The position numbers were made by a program, and so were the translations under genes. A DNA stretch of 20,345 bases, from positions 5,087 to 25,431 of the forward strand of contig JBDGTS010000027.1 in the NCBI GenBank assembly GCA_042216675.1. Direction: 5' to 3'. This document shows positions 7,761-15,623 of this stretch, piece after piece. Below the pieces are notes generated by a model that had not been told where the DNA came from, searched no databases, and saw only the letters and a list, made by a program, of their open reading frames with translations. Every line of letters begins with the position of its first letter. Position 1 is the stretch's first letter. This DNA is from Halobacteriaceae archaeon. Its GTDB lineage: Archaea > Halobacteriota > Halobacteria > Halobacteriales > Halobacteriaceae.

Positions 7761-8009
7761 CCGGCGCGGGTGGGAGGCGCCGGGTGTGCCCCAGCAAGGA
7801 ACACATGACTGACGACACGCGATTTCACCATAACCCCGGCATCTGGTTCGCGCGGTCAGCGACCAGTTTCACTTCCGGCGCGGTGTCGGCTCGCTCTTAT
7901 GTGTCTGTCAGCCATGAGGTCCTTCTGGGGATTGGTTCCCGGTTAGAAACAGGGCGATTGCGGGCGTGTTCCTTGCTGGGGCACCACGGCCCGCTCCCTG
8001 TTGCGCCGG
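7761..8009. repeat. Long nested inverted-repeat element (44-bp arms with a perfect 19-bp core)
   Basis: GTGCCCCAGCAAGGAACAC (7786-7804) is the exact reverse complement of 7966-7984. The arms extend without gaps to 7761 and 8009 (34/44 identical by manual count). Further internal stems are present. Confidence 0.9.
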
Positions 8010-8054
8010 TGAAACTCGCGAACCTGAGAGGGTTCGACCAAACGAATCCGACGC

Positions 8055-8135
8055 ATGAGAGCATACTACAGCGATTTGGTTAGGAGTATCGGTCACGGTC
8101 AAAGTGAAGACGCGCGAGCGGGGTGGTCGGCGTGA
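8055..8135 (+). CDS. Possible 26-aa micro-ORF (MRAYYSDLVRSIGHGQSEDARAGWSA)
   Basis: Its TGA overlaps the GTG of the next ORF (GTGA 8132-8135) after a GGGGTGG SD-like run. Below the ORF-track cutoff. Confidence 0.35.
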   Translation: MRAYYSDLVRSIGHGQSEDARAGWSA

Positions 8136-8296
8136 GCGACCCGATGGACCGCCTCGTCATTCGGGAGTACCGCGAGGAGATCGAGCGCCTTCATTCGGAG
8201 ATCGAGGAGCTTCAACGGCGGAACGCGGCGCTGGAGTCGGTGGTTCGCAAGGCCGTCTTGGAGACTGTCGAACCGTCGGAGCGGGGTGAAGCATGA
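8132..8296 (+). CDS. Small coiled-coil protein, 54 aa (not in ORF track)
   Basis: [54 protein letters not shown]; heptad pattern; stop overlaps the next start (ATGA 8293-8296). Confidence 0.7.
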   Translation: MSDPMDRLVIREYREEIERLHSEIEELQRRNAALESVVRKAVLETVEPSERGEA

Positions 8297-8538
8297 GCGA
8301 CGACGACGCCGACGGGATCACCCTCACCGTCGAAGTGACGCGCGGGACGGACACCGACGACCGCGACAAGCTACGGGCGAAAGTGGAGGCCCGCGACATC
8401 GAGCAACTTGAGCGCCGCGTCGAGGCCGTGAAAGAGCGCCTCGAAACGTGGGCTGACGACCTACGTGAGATTCAGCCGACGGGCGATTCGCGGGCGCTCG
8501 GAGAGGACCAGTCCACCCTCACGGAGGCCGAGTCATGA
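8293..8538 (+). CDS. Small integrase-associated protein
   Basis: 81 aa, acidic, beta-hairpin plus coiled coil; ATGA overlap with the integrase start. Confidence 0.75.
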   Translation: MSDDDADGITLTVEVTRGTDTDDRDKLRAKVEARDIEQLERRVEAVKERLETWADDLREIQPTGDSRALGEDQSTLTEAES

Positions 8539-9548
8539 GCGACCTCCAACCGTTGACGCCCGAGGAGGGCGTCGAGATGTACCTCTCGAAGCGTGACGGC
8601 GACGTGAGCGAACACACGCTGGAGAACCACCGCTACCGGCTGACGCCGTTCCTCGACTACTGCGAGCGCGAGGAGATCGAGAACCTGAACGACCTGACGG
8701 GCCGCGACCTGTTCGGGTTCTTCAACGAGCGAAAGGGCGAGGTGAAGGACGTGACGCTGAAGAACCACCTCGCCACGCTCCGCGTCGCCCTGGATTTCTG
8801 GGCGGACGTGGAGGGCGTCGAGAAGGGGATTCGTGAGTCGGTCCCGATGCCGACCCTCACTCCCGACGACGAGACGAGCGACGACGTGCTCCGGACGGAG
8901 CGCGCCGACACCGTGCTCGATGGCCTCGAAACGTTCCGCTACGCGAGCCGGGACCATGTTATCACCCTACTCCTGTGGCGGACGGGGATGCGGATGGGCG
9001 CGCTCCACGGCCTCGACGTGGACGATTACGACGCGAGCGAGCCGTGCTTGACGCTCCGGCACCGGCCCGAGTCGGATACTCCGCTGAAGAACCGGGAGGC
9101 CGGCGAGCGAGACGTTGCGCTTGAGTCGTGGGTTGCGAGCATCGTCGAGGACTATCTCGACCGCCAGCGGTCCGACGCGGTGGAGGACGGTGGCCGCCGC
9201 CCGCTGGTGACGACGCGGGAGGGGCGCGCGAGTCGGACGACGATACGGAACACGCTCTACGACGTGACGCGGCCGTGCCTGTGGGGCGAGTGCCCCCACG
9301 ACCGCGACCCGGACGACTGCGAGGCGGCGGGAGCGAAGAAGGTCGCGAGCAAGTGCCCGTCGAGCGTGAGTCCGCACCCGCTCCGGAAGGGCGCGATTAC
9401 CCGCGAACTGAACAACGACGTGCCGACGGAGATTGTCGGCGGCCGGATGGACGTGACGCAGGCGGTTCTGGAGAAGCACTACGACAAGCGCTCCGAGCGC
9501 GAGAAGATGGCTGTTCGTCGCCGTCTGATGCAGGAGGTGAAAGGATGA
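8535..9548 (+). CDS. int: Tyrosine integrase/recombinase, haloarchaeal SNJ2-like family
   Basis: Catalytic motifs TGMRMGAL (R), TPLKN (K), HPLR (H-x-x-R) and HYD (Y); Cys-rich insert RPC..ECPH...C...KCPSS; N-terminal core-binding domain. Confidence 0.93.
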   Translation: MSDLQPLTPEEGVEMYLSKRDGDVSEHTLENHRYRLTPFLDYCEREEIENLNDLTGRDLFGFFNERKGEVKDVTLKNHLATLRVALDFWADVEGVEKGIRESVPMPTLTPDDETSDDVLRTERADTVLDGLETFRYASRDHVITLLLWRTGMRMGALHGLDVDDYDASEPCLTLRHRPESDTPLKNREAGERDVALESWVASIVEDYLDRQRSDAVEDGGRRPLVTTREGRASRTTIRNTLYDVTRPCLWGECPHDRDPDDCEAAGAKKVASKCPSSVSPHPLRKGAITRELNNDVPTEIVGGRMDVTQAVLEKHYDKRSEREKMAVRRRLMQEVKG

Positions 9549-9593
9549 CCGCGATGACCATGACCCCGACGCCGCCGGGCGGATATTCGGGAC

Positions 9594-9606
9594 CCCCGCG
9601 AGTCCA
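9594..9606 (+). other. Putative attR core CCCCGCGAGTCCA (duplicated tRNA 3' end, probably tRNA-Ala)
   Basis: 45 nt after the integrase stop. Resembles the T-stem 3' strand, acceptor strand and discriminator of haloarchaeal tRNA-Ala (5' end GGGCTCG, recalled from memory). The partner copy is not in the window. Confidence 0.65.
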
Positions 9607-9737
9607 TTTCTGTGGGCACCGAAGAAATGGACGAGCCGAGCGTCCGCGAAGCGGACGCGTGGATTTGAAGTAGGGAACTCGCAGCGCCGAGTGTCGCGAG
9701 GCGACCGTCTTCCCGTAGTTCAAGCCCCCGCGAATCC
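9602..9737. repeat. Hairpin-rich tRNA-downstream element with a degenerate tRNA 3'-end copy
   Basis: Stems GTCCATTTCT/AGAAATGGAC (9602-9632) and GCGTCCGC-GAA-GCGGACGC (9640-9658); GGATTTGAA at 9661; GTTCAAGCCCCCGCGAATCC at 9718-9737. Confidence 0.6.
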
Positions 9738-9989
9738 GGTGCTGAAGTTCCAGCGAGACGATCGAATCGAGGCGCGGTTCCGTCCGATCCACCAGCGCGG
9801 GACACGCGTGCCGAGTGAGCGCCGCGACAGGGACCTCATCGCGGCGGCGGTGTCGGTTCCTGTCGAAGAACCGCAAAAAGCGGACGGGCGTCTGACCCGG
9901 GTCCGATTTCGGATACTTCACCTCCTCAACACGGTCGGGAACGGCGCGGAACGGCCGGCACCGGAGACCGGGGCCGACGGCGAGAGGTG

Positions 9990-10172
9990 TCAGCGTCGGG
10001 AGGCGATGAGTTCCATCTCCGCGTCGCAGTCCAGACAGCGGACCCCCGACACGTCCCGGGGGTCGGAGGCGCGCACGGCCACCCGGTCACCGCAGCCCGG
10101 GCACTCGAAGGCCTCGTACTCGTCGTGGGCCCAGTCGATGTCCATCCGTGGGTTCTCGCTGTCCTCGGCCAT
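9990..10172 (-). CDS. Small CPxCG-type zinc-finger protein, 60 aa
   Basis: MAEDSENPRMDIDWAHDEYEAFECPGCG...RCLDCD; start re-assigned to ATG 10172. Confidence 0.78.
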   Translation of the reverse strand: MAEDSENPRMDIDWAHDEYEAFECPGCGDRVAVRASDPRDVSGVRCLDCDAEMELIASRR

Positions 10173-10213
10173 GTGCGGGGGTAGGCGGGCCGAGGGCTTC
10201 AACCCCGGGGCCG

Positions 10214-11494
10214 CTACTCCTCGACGACTTCGACACCACGGTTGTTCACCGCGGCGGGGTCGAGGCCGGCTTCGTTGAGCGCCGTCTTGTACTCGCGCTC
10301 GCACTGCTCGGCGTCCTTCTGCCGGTCGCTGGCGCGCGTACACAGCTCCGCGAGGTCCGCGGGCACGTCGTTCGTCGCGACGATCCAGTGGTTGACGAGG
10401 TCGGACATGCGCCGGATGGGCGACGTGAAGTGCCCGTAAATCTCGAAGTTCAGGGCGTGGTGGCCGCCGAACGGGTCGCTCATGTACTTCGCGCGGGGCA
10501 TCACCTTCATCACCGCGCGCTGAATCTTCGACAGTTGGCGCTGGGGCGCCTCCTCCAGCGTGGCGTTGACGGCCTTCCGAGGGTCGTCCCAACTCGCGCC
10601 GGGGATGGAGACGCCGTCGAGTTCCTGAATCTCCCGGAGGGCGTCGCTCCACTGGTCGGGGGTGGGCTGGGGGTGGACCCGGTAGACGGCCTCCAGGCCG
10701 CGGTCCCACATCAGGGTGTGCGTGACGGCCTTGTTGGCCTTCAGCATCGACTCCTCGATGATGGTGTGCGCGCGGTCCCGCCGGGGGTTGAGGACGAGCG
10801 ACCCGTCTTCCTTGCGTTGTTCGTGCATCCGGTCGGCGAGGTCGTAGGACAGCGCGATCTTCTCGTGCATCTCGCTGTCCTCGTCGTCGAGGCGGTTCTC
10901 ACACTCCGTGTAGGTCAGCCGTTCGTCCGAGCGGACGACGGACTTGTAGATCTCGATGTCCTCGTAGCCGAGCGTCTCCTTGTCGAGGTGCATCTCGACG
11001 GTGTGCGCGAGGCGGTCCTCCTCGGGGACGAGCGAACACACCGTCTCCGCGAGCATGGGCGGGAGCATGTGGACGGTGTAGCCCGGCAGGTACACCGTGT
11101 TCGCGCGGCGGAGCGCCTCGTCCCACATCGTCGTGTCGGGGGTGACGTAGTGTGTCACGTCGGCGATGTGGACCCAGAGGACGTACTCGTCCTCGCGTTC
11201 CTCGACGCTGAGGGCGTCGTCGAAGTCCTGCGCGTCGATGGGGTCGGTCGTCCACGTCGTCATGTCGCGGAGGTCCCGGCGCTCGTCGACTTCGGCCTCG
11301 ATTTCGGCCGTCACGTCGGCGGTTCGTTCCTCCGCCTCGTCTATCACTTCCGGCGGGAACTCGTCGGGAATCTCGAACTTCTCGAAGAGGGACTCGCGTT
11401 CGCTCGCGAGGCGGTCGGCGGTCTCCTGTGAAATTTCGACGGGCCCCTGTCCCTCGGGGGTCCCGGCGGCCGCCTGTTGACTCTGCTCGGTCAT
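10214..11494 (-). CDS. rnr: Ribonuclease R / RNase II family (RNB domain) exoribonuclease
   Basis: TTDPIDAQDFDDALS, VHIADV, TVYLPG...MLP, HHAL...YGHFTSPIRRMSDLVNH; start ATG 11494. Confidence 0.93.
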   Translation of the reverse strand: MTEQSQQAAAGTPEGQGPVEISQETADRLASERESLFEKFEIPDEFPPEVIDEAEERTADVTAEIEAEVDERRDLRDMTTWTTDPIDAQDFDDALSVEEREDEYVLWVHIADVTHYVTPDTTMWDEALRRANTVYLPGYTVHMLPPMLAETVCSLVPEEDRLAHTVEMHLDKETLGYEDIEIYKSVVRSDERLTYTECENRLDDEDSEMHEKIALSYDLADRMHEQRKEDGSLVLNPRRDRAHTIIEESMLKANKAVTHTLMWDRGLEAVYRVHPQPTPDQWSDALREIQELDGVSIPGASWDDPRKAVNATLEEAPQRQLSKIQRAVMKVMPRAKYMSDPFGGHHALNFEIYGHFTSPIRRMSDLVNHWIVATNDVPADLAELCTRASDRQKDAEQCEREYKTALNEAGLDPAAVNNRGVEVVEE

Positions 11495-11534
11495 ACACGT
11501 GAAAACGGGAGTGCGCGGTTTAGTCGTGTCGGGG

Positions 11535-11810
11535 TCAGCGGCGCTCTTCCTCGACGGCCGCACAGAAGCGCGCGAGAAACGTGTCGCGCGAGCAGTCGCC
11601 GGCGCCGACGCTCACCAGAAGCGACTCCAGTCCGGCCCGGTCCGCGTGCGTCAGGTCGGCGAAGCAGGGCTTACAGAGATACTCGAAGCGCTTTCCCTCG
11701 CGGTCCCACCGGTCCCCGTGCTTGTCGTACTCGCGGGCCTCCGCGCGGGGCACCGACGCCCCGCAGGCGATGCAGGTGACCGTTCGGGACTCCCTGCTGA
11801 CCGGCCACAT
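11535..11810 (-). CDS. Small Zn-binding hypothetical protein
   Basis: CIACG and CKPC motifs, REYDKHGDRWDR; fills the gap between rnr and the PUA gene. Confidence 0.75.
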   Translation of the reverse strand: MWPVSRESRTVTCIACGASVPRAEAREYDKHGDRWDREGKRFEYLCKPCFADLTHADRAGLESLLVSVGAGDCSRDTFLARFCAAVEEERR

Positions 11811-11896
11811 ACGCCGATATTTGCGCCGTACCGACTTAGCGGTTTGGCCCCGCCCGGAACGGACGATTTATTTTCCGGCCGGCCGCAGAGACGGCC

Positions 11897-12376
11897 ATGG
11901 AAGTGTCCTCTCGCCACCACCTCCGGAGCGACCAGATTGCGGCGCTCACGGACAGTCTCGCGGAGCAACTCGGCGTCGACGTCGACGCGGAGACGTTCGA
12001 ACTGGTCGAACTGGAGGAGACGCCCTTCGATTTGGTCCTCGTGGACGGCGAACCGCTGGTGTTCCGCCGCGACGACGAGTGGTTCGTGACCGTGCGCGGC
12101 GCGAACGAACTCGACCCCGACACGCACGTCGTCACCGTCGACGCGGGCGCCATCGAGTTCGTCAGCGGCGGCGCGGACGTGATGCGCCCCGGCATCGTCG
12201 AGGCCGACACGGACATCGAGGAGGGCGACCTCGTCGTCGTCGCCGAGGAGACCCACGGCAAGGCGCTCGCCGTCGGGCGTGCGCTGGTCGACGGGGAGGA
12301 GATGGCCGGCGACAGCGGGAAAGTCGTCGAGTCCATCCACCACGTCGGCGACGAATTCTACGAACTGAGCGTCTGA
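11897..12376 (+). CDS. PUA-domain RNA-binding protein (MCT-1/Tma20-like)
   Basis: VTVDAGAIEFVSGGADVMRPGI...HGKALAVG...HHVGD. Confidence 0.9.
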   Translation: MEVSSRHHLRSDQIAALTDSLAEQLGVDVDAETFELVELEETPFDLVLVDGEPLVFRRDDEWFVTVRGANELDPDTHVVTVDAGAIEFVSGGADVMRPGIVEADTDIEEGDLVVVAEETHGKALAVGRALVDGEEMAGDSGKVVESIHHVGDEFYELSV

Positions 12377-12414
12377 CGCAAGAACTATACTCCGGGCTTC
12401 CGAGTCGAACACCC

Positions 12415-12768
12415 ATGGGATTCATGGACAGATTCCTCGGTGGCTCCCGGTCTACCGAGGACTACGTCGAACTGGACCTCGACGACGTGCCGACCGGGTC
12501 GGGCGAGGCGAGCATGCAGGTCCACATCGCGGAGATTCAGGGCCAAGACGACGCCATCGCCATCAAGGACGCCGTCTACGACGGTGACCTCGTCATCGCC
12601 GACGTGACTCGCCTGCGGACGGAGGACCGCACGGCCGAACACGTCATCGACGAACTCCGGCAGGTGGCGCGCGAGGTGGACGGCGACATCGTCCAGAAGG
12701 GCGACGACCAACTCATCGTCACGCCGACGGGCGTGAAAATCAGCCGCGAGAAGCTGAACCGGCGTTAA
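12415..12768 (+). CDS. sepF: Cell division protein SepF
   Basis: MGFMDRFLGG amphipathic N-terminus, IKDAVYDGDLVIAD, GDIVQKGDDQLIVTPTGVKISR; start ATG 12415. Confidence 0.92.
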   Translation: MGFMDRFLGGSRSTEDYVELDLDDVPTGSGEASMQVHIAEIQGQDDAIAIKDAVYDGDLVIADVTRLRTEDRTAEHVIDELRQVAREVDGDIVQKGDDQLIVTPTGVKISREKLNRR

Positions 12769-13157
12769 CTGACGTTGTCGGGCGTCTCGTCGTCCTCGAC
12801 GGCGCGCTTCATCGATTCGCGTCGCGACTTGGCGTCCCGACCCGTGACTTCGAGCAGAAACTCGTTTTTCAGGTCGACCGCTTCGGCGGCGGCGTCGGCG
12901 TTGCCCTCCGCGATGACGTCCTCTGCGGGGCGCTCCTCGAAGTGGACCGCGAGTTTGTCCTTCTTGCCGCTGTACTCGGCGGCACCCGCGACGATGCGGT
13001 CGAACACGGGGTTGTCGGGGTCCGCGACGACGAACAGTTCGTGGCCCTCGTACTCCTCCGTCCCGGTGACCGTCCCGAAGTAGTCCTCGACGAGTCCTTC
13101 GAGGTCGGGCGCCCGTTCGTCGAGTGTCTCCCCGCGTCGCATCTTGTACTCCTTCAT
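12765..13157 (-). CDS. Conserved archaeal hypothetical protein (DUF5611-like)
   Basis: MKEYKMRRGE...NEFLLEVTGRDAKSRR; 130 aa, acidic, host-like codon use. Confidence 0.75.
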   Translation of the reverse strand: MKEYKMRRGETLDERAPDLEGLVEDYFGTVTGTEEYEGHELFVVADPDNPVFDRIVAGAAEYSGKKDKLAVHFEERPAEDVIAEGNADAAAEAVDLKNEFLLEVTGRDAKSRRESMKRAVEDDETPDNVS

Positions 13158-13185
13158 ACAGAGGGATTGGAGAGTCGGGCCTATG

Positions 13186-14049
13186 TCAGTTTCGCGTCGG
13201 AGATTCCTCGGCGAGGTAGCCGCGCTGACACTCCGGACAGATGTCGCCCTCGCGCAGCGAGGAGTTCAACACCGGTTCGGTGTAGTCACAAGCGGGGCAG
13301 ACGAACTCCGCGTCCACGTCCACGTCGTCCGACCGGCCCGGAACCGTCGTCTCACTGCTCTCGATGCCGGTGCCAAAGGAGTCGCCGCCGACGACGGCCT
13401 CGCCCTCGTCCTCCGCGTCGGCGACGCCGCGGGGCGTGAGGCCGCCCATATCCACGTCGCCGTCGCCGGAGTTCGGGGAGGCGTCGAAGCCCTCGTCCTC
13501 GGCGCCCGTGTCGGGCCAGCCACCGGTCGGCGAGGCGTCTTCGACGTCCACGCCGTCGCCCTCGGCGTCGATTATCTCACCGCCGTCGTCGCTCTCGGAT
13601 GCCGCCTCGGCCTCGGCCTCGGCCTCGGCGACCACGTCGTCGGCGTCGGCGGGCGAGGGCTCCTCGACGCGAGTGTCCTCGGCCTCGGGCCACTCGCCTG
13701 GCTCCCGGTCCGGTTCGGCCTCGGGTTCGTCGTCATCCTCGTCGAGAATGACGCCGTCGTCCTCGGCGGCGGAGGCCGGCGGCTCGAACTCGTCGTCGAC
13801 GGCCGGGCTCTCCGCCGGGTCAGCGGACGACGACGGCGCTGACGCGGGGTCGGACTCGGGTTCAGGCTCCGGTTCCGGTTCGACTGGCCGGACCTCGGTG
13901 TTCTCACTGACGACTGTCTCGGCGCCACAGCGCTCGCACGTCTTCGTTTCGCGCACGGTGACGACGACTTCGTCGCCTCGGTCGTCCCGTTCGCGCTCTA
14001 TCTCGGGGTCGGCGTAGGCGTGTCCCAGAAGTGAACATCTCAGCCCCAT
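13186..14049 (-). CDS. Acidic low-complexity protein with terminal Zn-ribbon motifs
   Basis: CSLLGH...CERCG at the N-terminus, CPAC...CPEC at the C-terminus, long D/E/P-rich linker. Confidence 0.8.
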   Translation of the reverse strand: MGLRCSLLGHAYADPEIERERDDRGDEVVVTVRETKTCERCGAETVVSENTEVRPVEPEPEPEPESDPASAPSSSADPAESPAVDDEFEPPASAAEDDGVILDEDDDEPEAEPDREPGEWPEAEDTRVEEPSPADADDVVAEAEAEAEAASESDDGGEIIDAEGDGVDVEDASPTGGWPDTGAEDEGFDASPNSGDGDVDMGGLTPRGVADAEDEGEAVVGGDSFGTGIESSETTVPGRSDDVDVDAEFVCPACDYTEPVLNSSLREGDICPECQRGYLAEESPTRN

Positions 14050-14130
14050 TGACGGCGAGATTCCCCAGCCACGGACAAAAGGATACCGCTCGGGGGTACG
14101 TCTTTACCGGGCCGCCACGTACCCTGAGGT

Positions 14131-14424
14131 ATGCCGGTCAAGCGCGAGTACCGAAACCGCGGCGAGACACAGACCGCGGTGCTGGAGGCCCTCGTCGACC
14201 GCGGCGAAGAGGGCATGACCGTCCTCGAACTTCGGGGGCGCGTCGACGCCGACATCGACGACATCGAGGCGGCCCTGAGCGGTCTGAAGGACGACGACCT
14301 CATCGTCGTCGAGAGCGACGACGACCGCACCGTGTTGAAGGCCGCCGACCGGGTAGTGGCCGAGCGGAACCCCGAGCCAGAGACCTCGGTTCTGGACTGG
14401 CTTCGCGAGCGCCTCGGGCGCTGA
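14131..14424 (+). CDS. Small winged-helix-like conserved protein (DUF6432-like)
   Basis: VLEALVDRGEEGMTVLELR...IEAALSGLKDDDLI; 97 aa. Confidence 0.75.
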   Translation: MPVKREYRNRGETQTAVLEALVDRGEEGMTVLELRGRVDADIDDIEAALSGLKDDDLIVVESDDDRTVLKAADRVVAERNPEPETSVLDWLRERLGR

Positions 14425-14472
14425 GTCGCCCCGAACGGTAGCCTTTACCGCCGCGGTCCCCGAGAGCGAAGC

Positions 14473-15543
14473 ATGACAGTCGTCCGCTCGAAACACGAGG
14501 ACTTCGGCGCCGTCTTCGACGCGGACGGGGCGTTCCCGGCCCACTACGGCCGTCCCGAACGCACCCACACCGCCGTCCGCCGCATCGTCGGCGTGCGCGA
14601 GTCCGACTACGGCGTCCTCGCGGTGCGCGGCGAGGACCGCGTCGACTTCGTGGACAACACCGTCTCGAACCGCGTCCCCGACGAGGACGGCGAGGGCGTC
14701 TACGCACTCCTGCTCGACCCCGACGGCAACGTGGAGGCCGACCTCTACGTGTTCGCGGCGGGCGAGCGACTGCTCGTCTTCACGCCGCAGGGCCGCGAGG
14801 CGACCATCGCCGAGGAGTGGCGGAGCAAGACGTTCGTGCAGGACGTCGACATCGAGGTCGTCACCGACGACTTCGGCGTCTTCGGCGTCCACGGTCCCAA
14901 GGCGACGGAGAAAGTCGCCAGCGTCCTCGGCGGCCCCGGCACGCCGGAGGGGCCCCTCTCCTTCGTCCGAGGGCGAGTCCGCACGGAGGGCGTCACCGTC
15001 ATCCGCGGCGACGGACTCGCCGGCGAGGAGGGTTACGAAGTCGTCTGCACCGCCGACGCCGCCGCGGAGGTGTTCGACGCCCTGGTCACCCACGGCCTGA
15101 ACGCCGTCCCCTTCGGCCGTCGCTCGTGGGAGACGCTGACGCTGGAGGCCGGCACCCCCCTCTTCGAGACGGAACTCGACGGCCAACTGGCGAACGCCGC
15201 GGGCGTCCGCAACGGCCTCGACTTCGAGAAGGGCTGTTTCGTCGGGCAGGAGACGGTCGCCCGCATCGAGAACCTCGGCAACGTTCCACGCCACGTCGTC
15301 GGCCTCGCGCCGGAGCGCCTGCCCGAGGCGGGCGCGCCGGTCCTCGACGACGGCGCCGAGGTGGGGACGGTGACCCGCGCCGTCGAGAGTCCGACGCTGG
15401 AGGCGCCCATCGCGATGGCCCGCGTGGACTTCGACGCCGCCCCCGACGCGGTGGGAGTCGGCGACGAGACAGTGAGCGCGGAGCACCGCGAGTTGCCGTT
15501 CGTCGACGGGAGCGAGCGTTCGGCGCGGCTCCCGACGTACTGA
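14473..15543 (+). CDS. YgfZ/GcvT-family folate-binding aminomethyltransferase-like protein
   Basis: YgfZ-type signature KGCFVGQE, plus GEEGYEV and LEAGTP. Confidence 0.9.
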   Translation: MTVVRSKHEDFGAVFDADGAFPAHYGRPERTHTAVRRIVGVRESDYGVLAVRGEDRVDFVDNTVSNRVPDEDGEGVYALLLDPDGNVEADLYVFAAGERLLVFTPQGREATIAEEWRSKTFVQDVDIEVVTDDFGVFGVHGPKATEKVASVLGGPGTPEGPLSFVRGRVRTEGVTVIRGDGLAGEEGYEVVCTADAAAEVFDALVTHGLNAVPFGRRSWETLTLEAGTPLFETELDGQLANAAGVRNGLDFEKGCFVGQETVARIENLGNVPRHVVGLAPERLPEAGAPVLDDGAEVGTVTRAVESPTLEAPIAMARVDFDAAPDAVGVGDETVSAEHRELPFVDGSERSARLPTY

Positions 15544-15623
15544 CCGAAGGGTCGTCGTTCGACGGTTCTTCGGCCCGGAACCAAAGCGTATCTATTAGTG
15601 TGGCGTCGGAAAAAGACGAGCGC

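Larger units (their letters stand above)
1..9606. mobile_element. Integrated pleolipovirus-like provirus (SNJ2-like, integrase-encoding); left end lies outside the window
   Basis: Minus-strand gene order (membrane protein, large spike, two membrane proteins, NTPase) matches the conserved Pleolipoviridae cluster. Repressor and tyrosine integrase are present. A tRNA-3'-like core follows the integrase, and housekeeping genes resume after it. Confidence 0.9.

Noticed and set aside
7682-8102. ORFs 7682-8083 (+, or from ATG 7805) and 7908-8102 (-) as confident genes
   Set aside because: Non-acidic, atypical composition and overlap with the inverted-repeat element. Translation from ATG 7805 cannot be excluded but is unsupported.
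9560-9740. Complete tRNA gene next to the integrase
   Set aside because: Only 3'-end fragments are present; I could not build a D-arm, an anticodon arm or a matching 5' acceptor strand.
11581-12414. N-terminal extension of the 395-aa ORF
   Set aside because: Shadow frame over the PUA gene; SepF starts at 12415.
13605-13628. CCTCGG tandem repeat as a contingency locus
   Set aside because: In-frame hexamer encoding AEAEAE in a low-complexity linker; length change would not shift the frame.
14817-15623. N-terminal extension of the 649-aa ORF
   Set aside because: Arg-rich off-frame read-through overlapping the YgfZ-like gene; the kinase starts at 15624.
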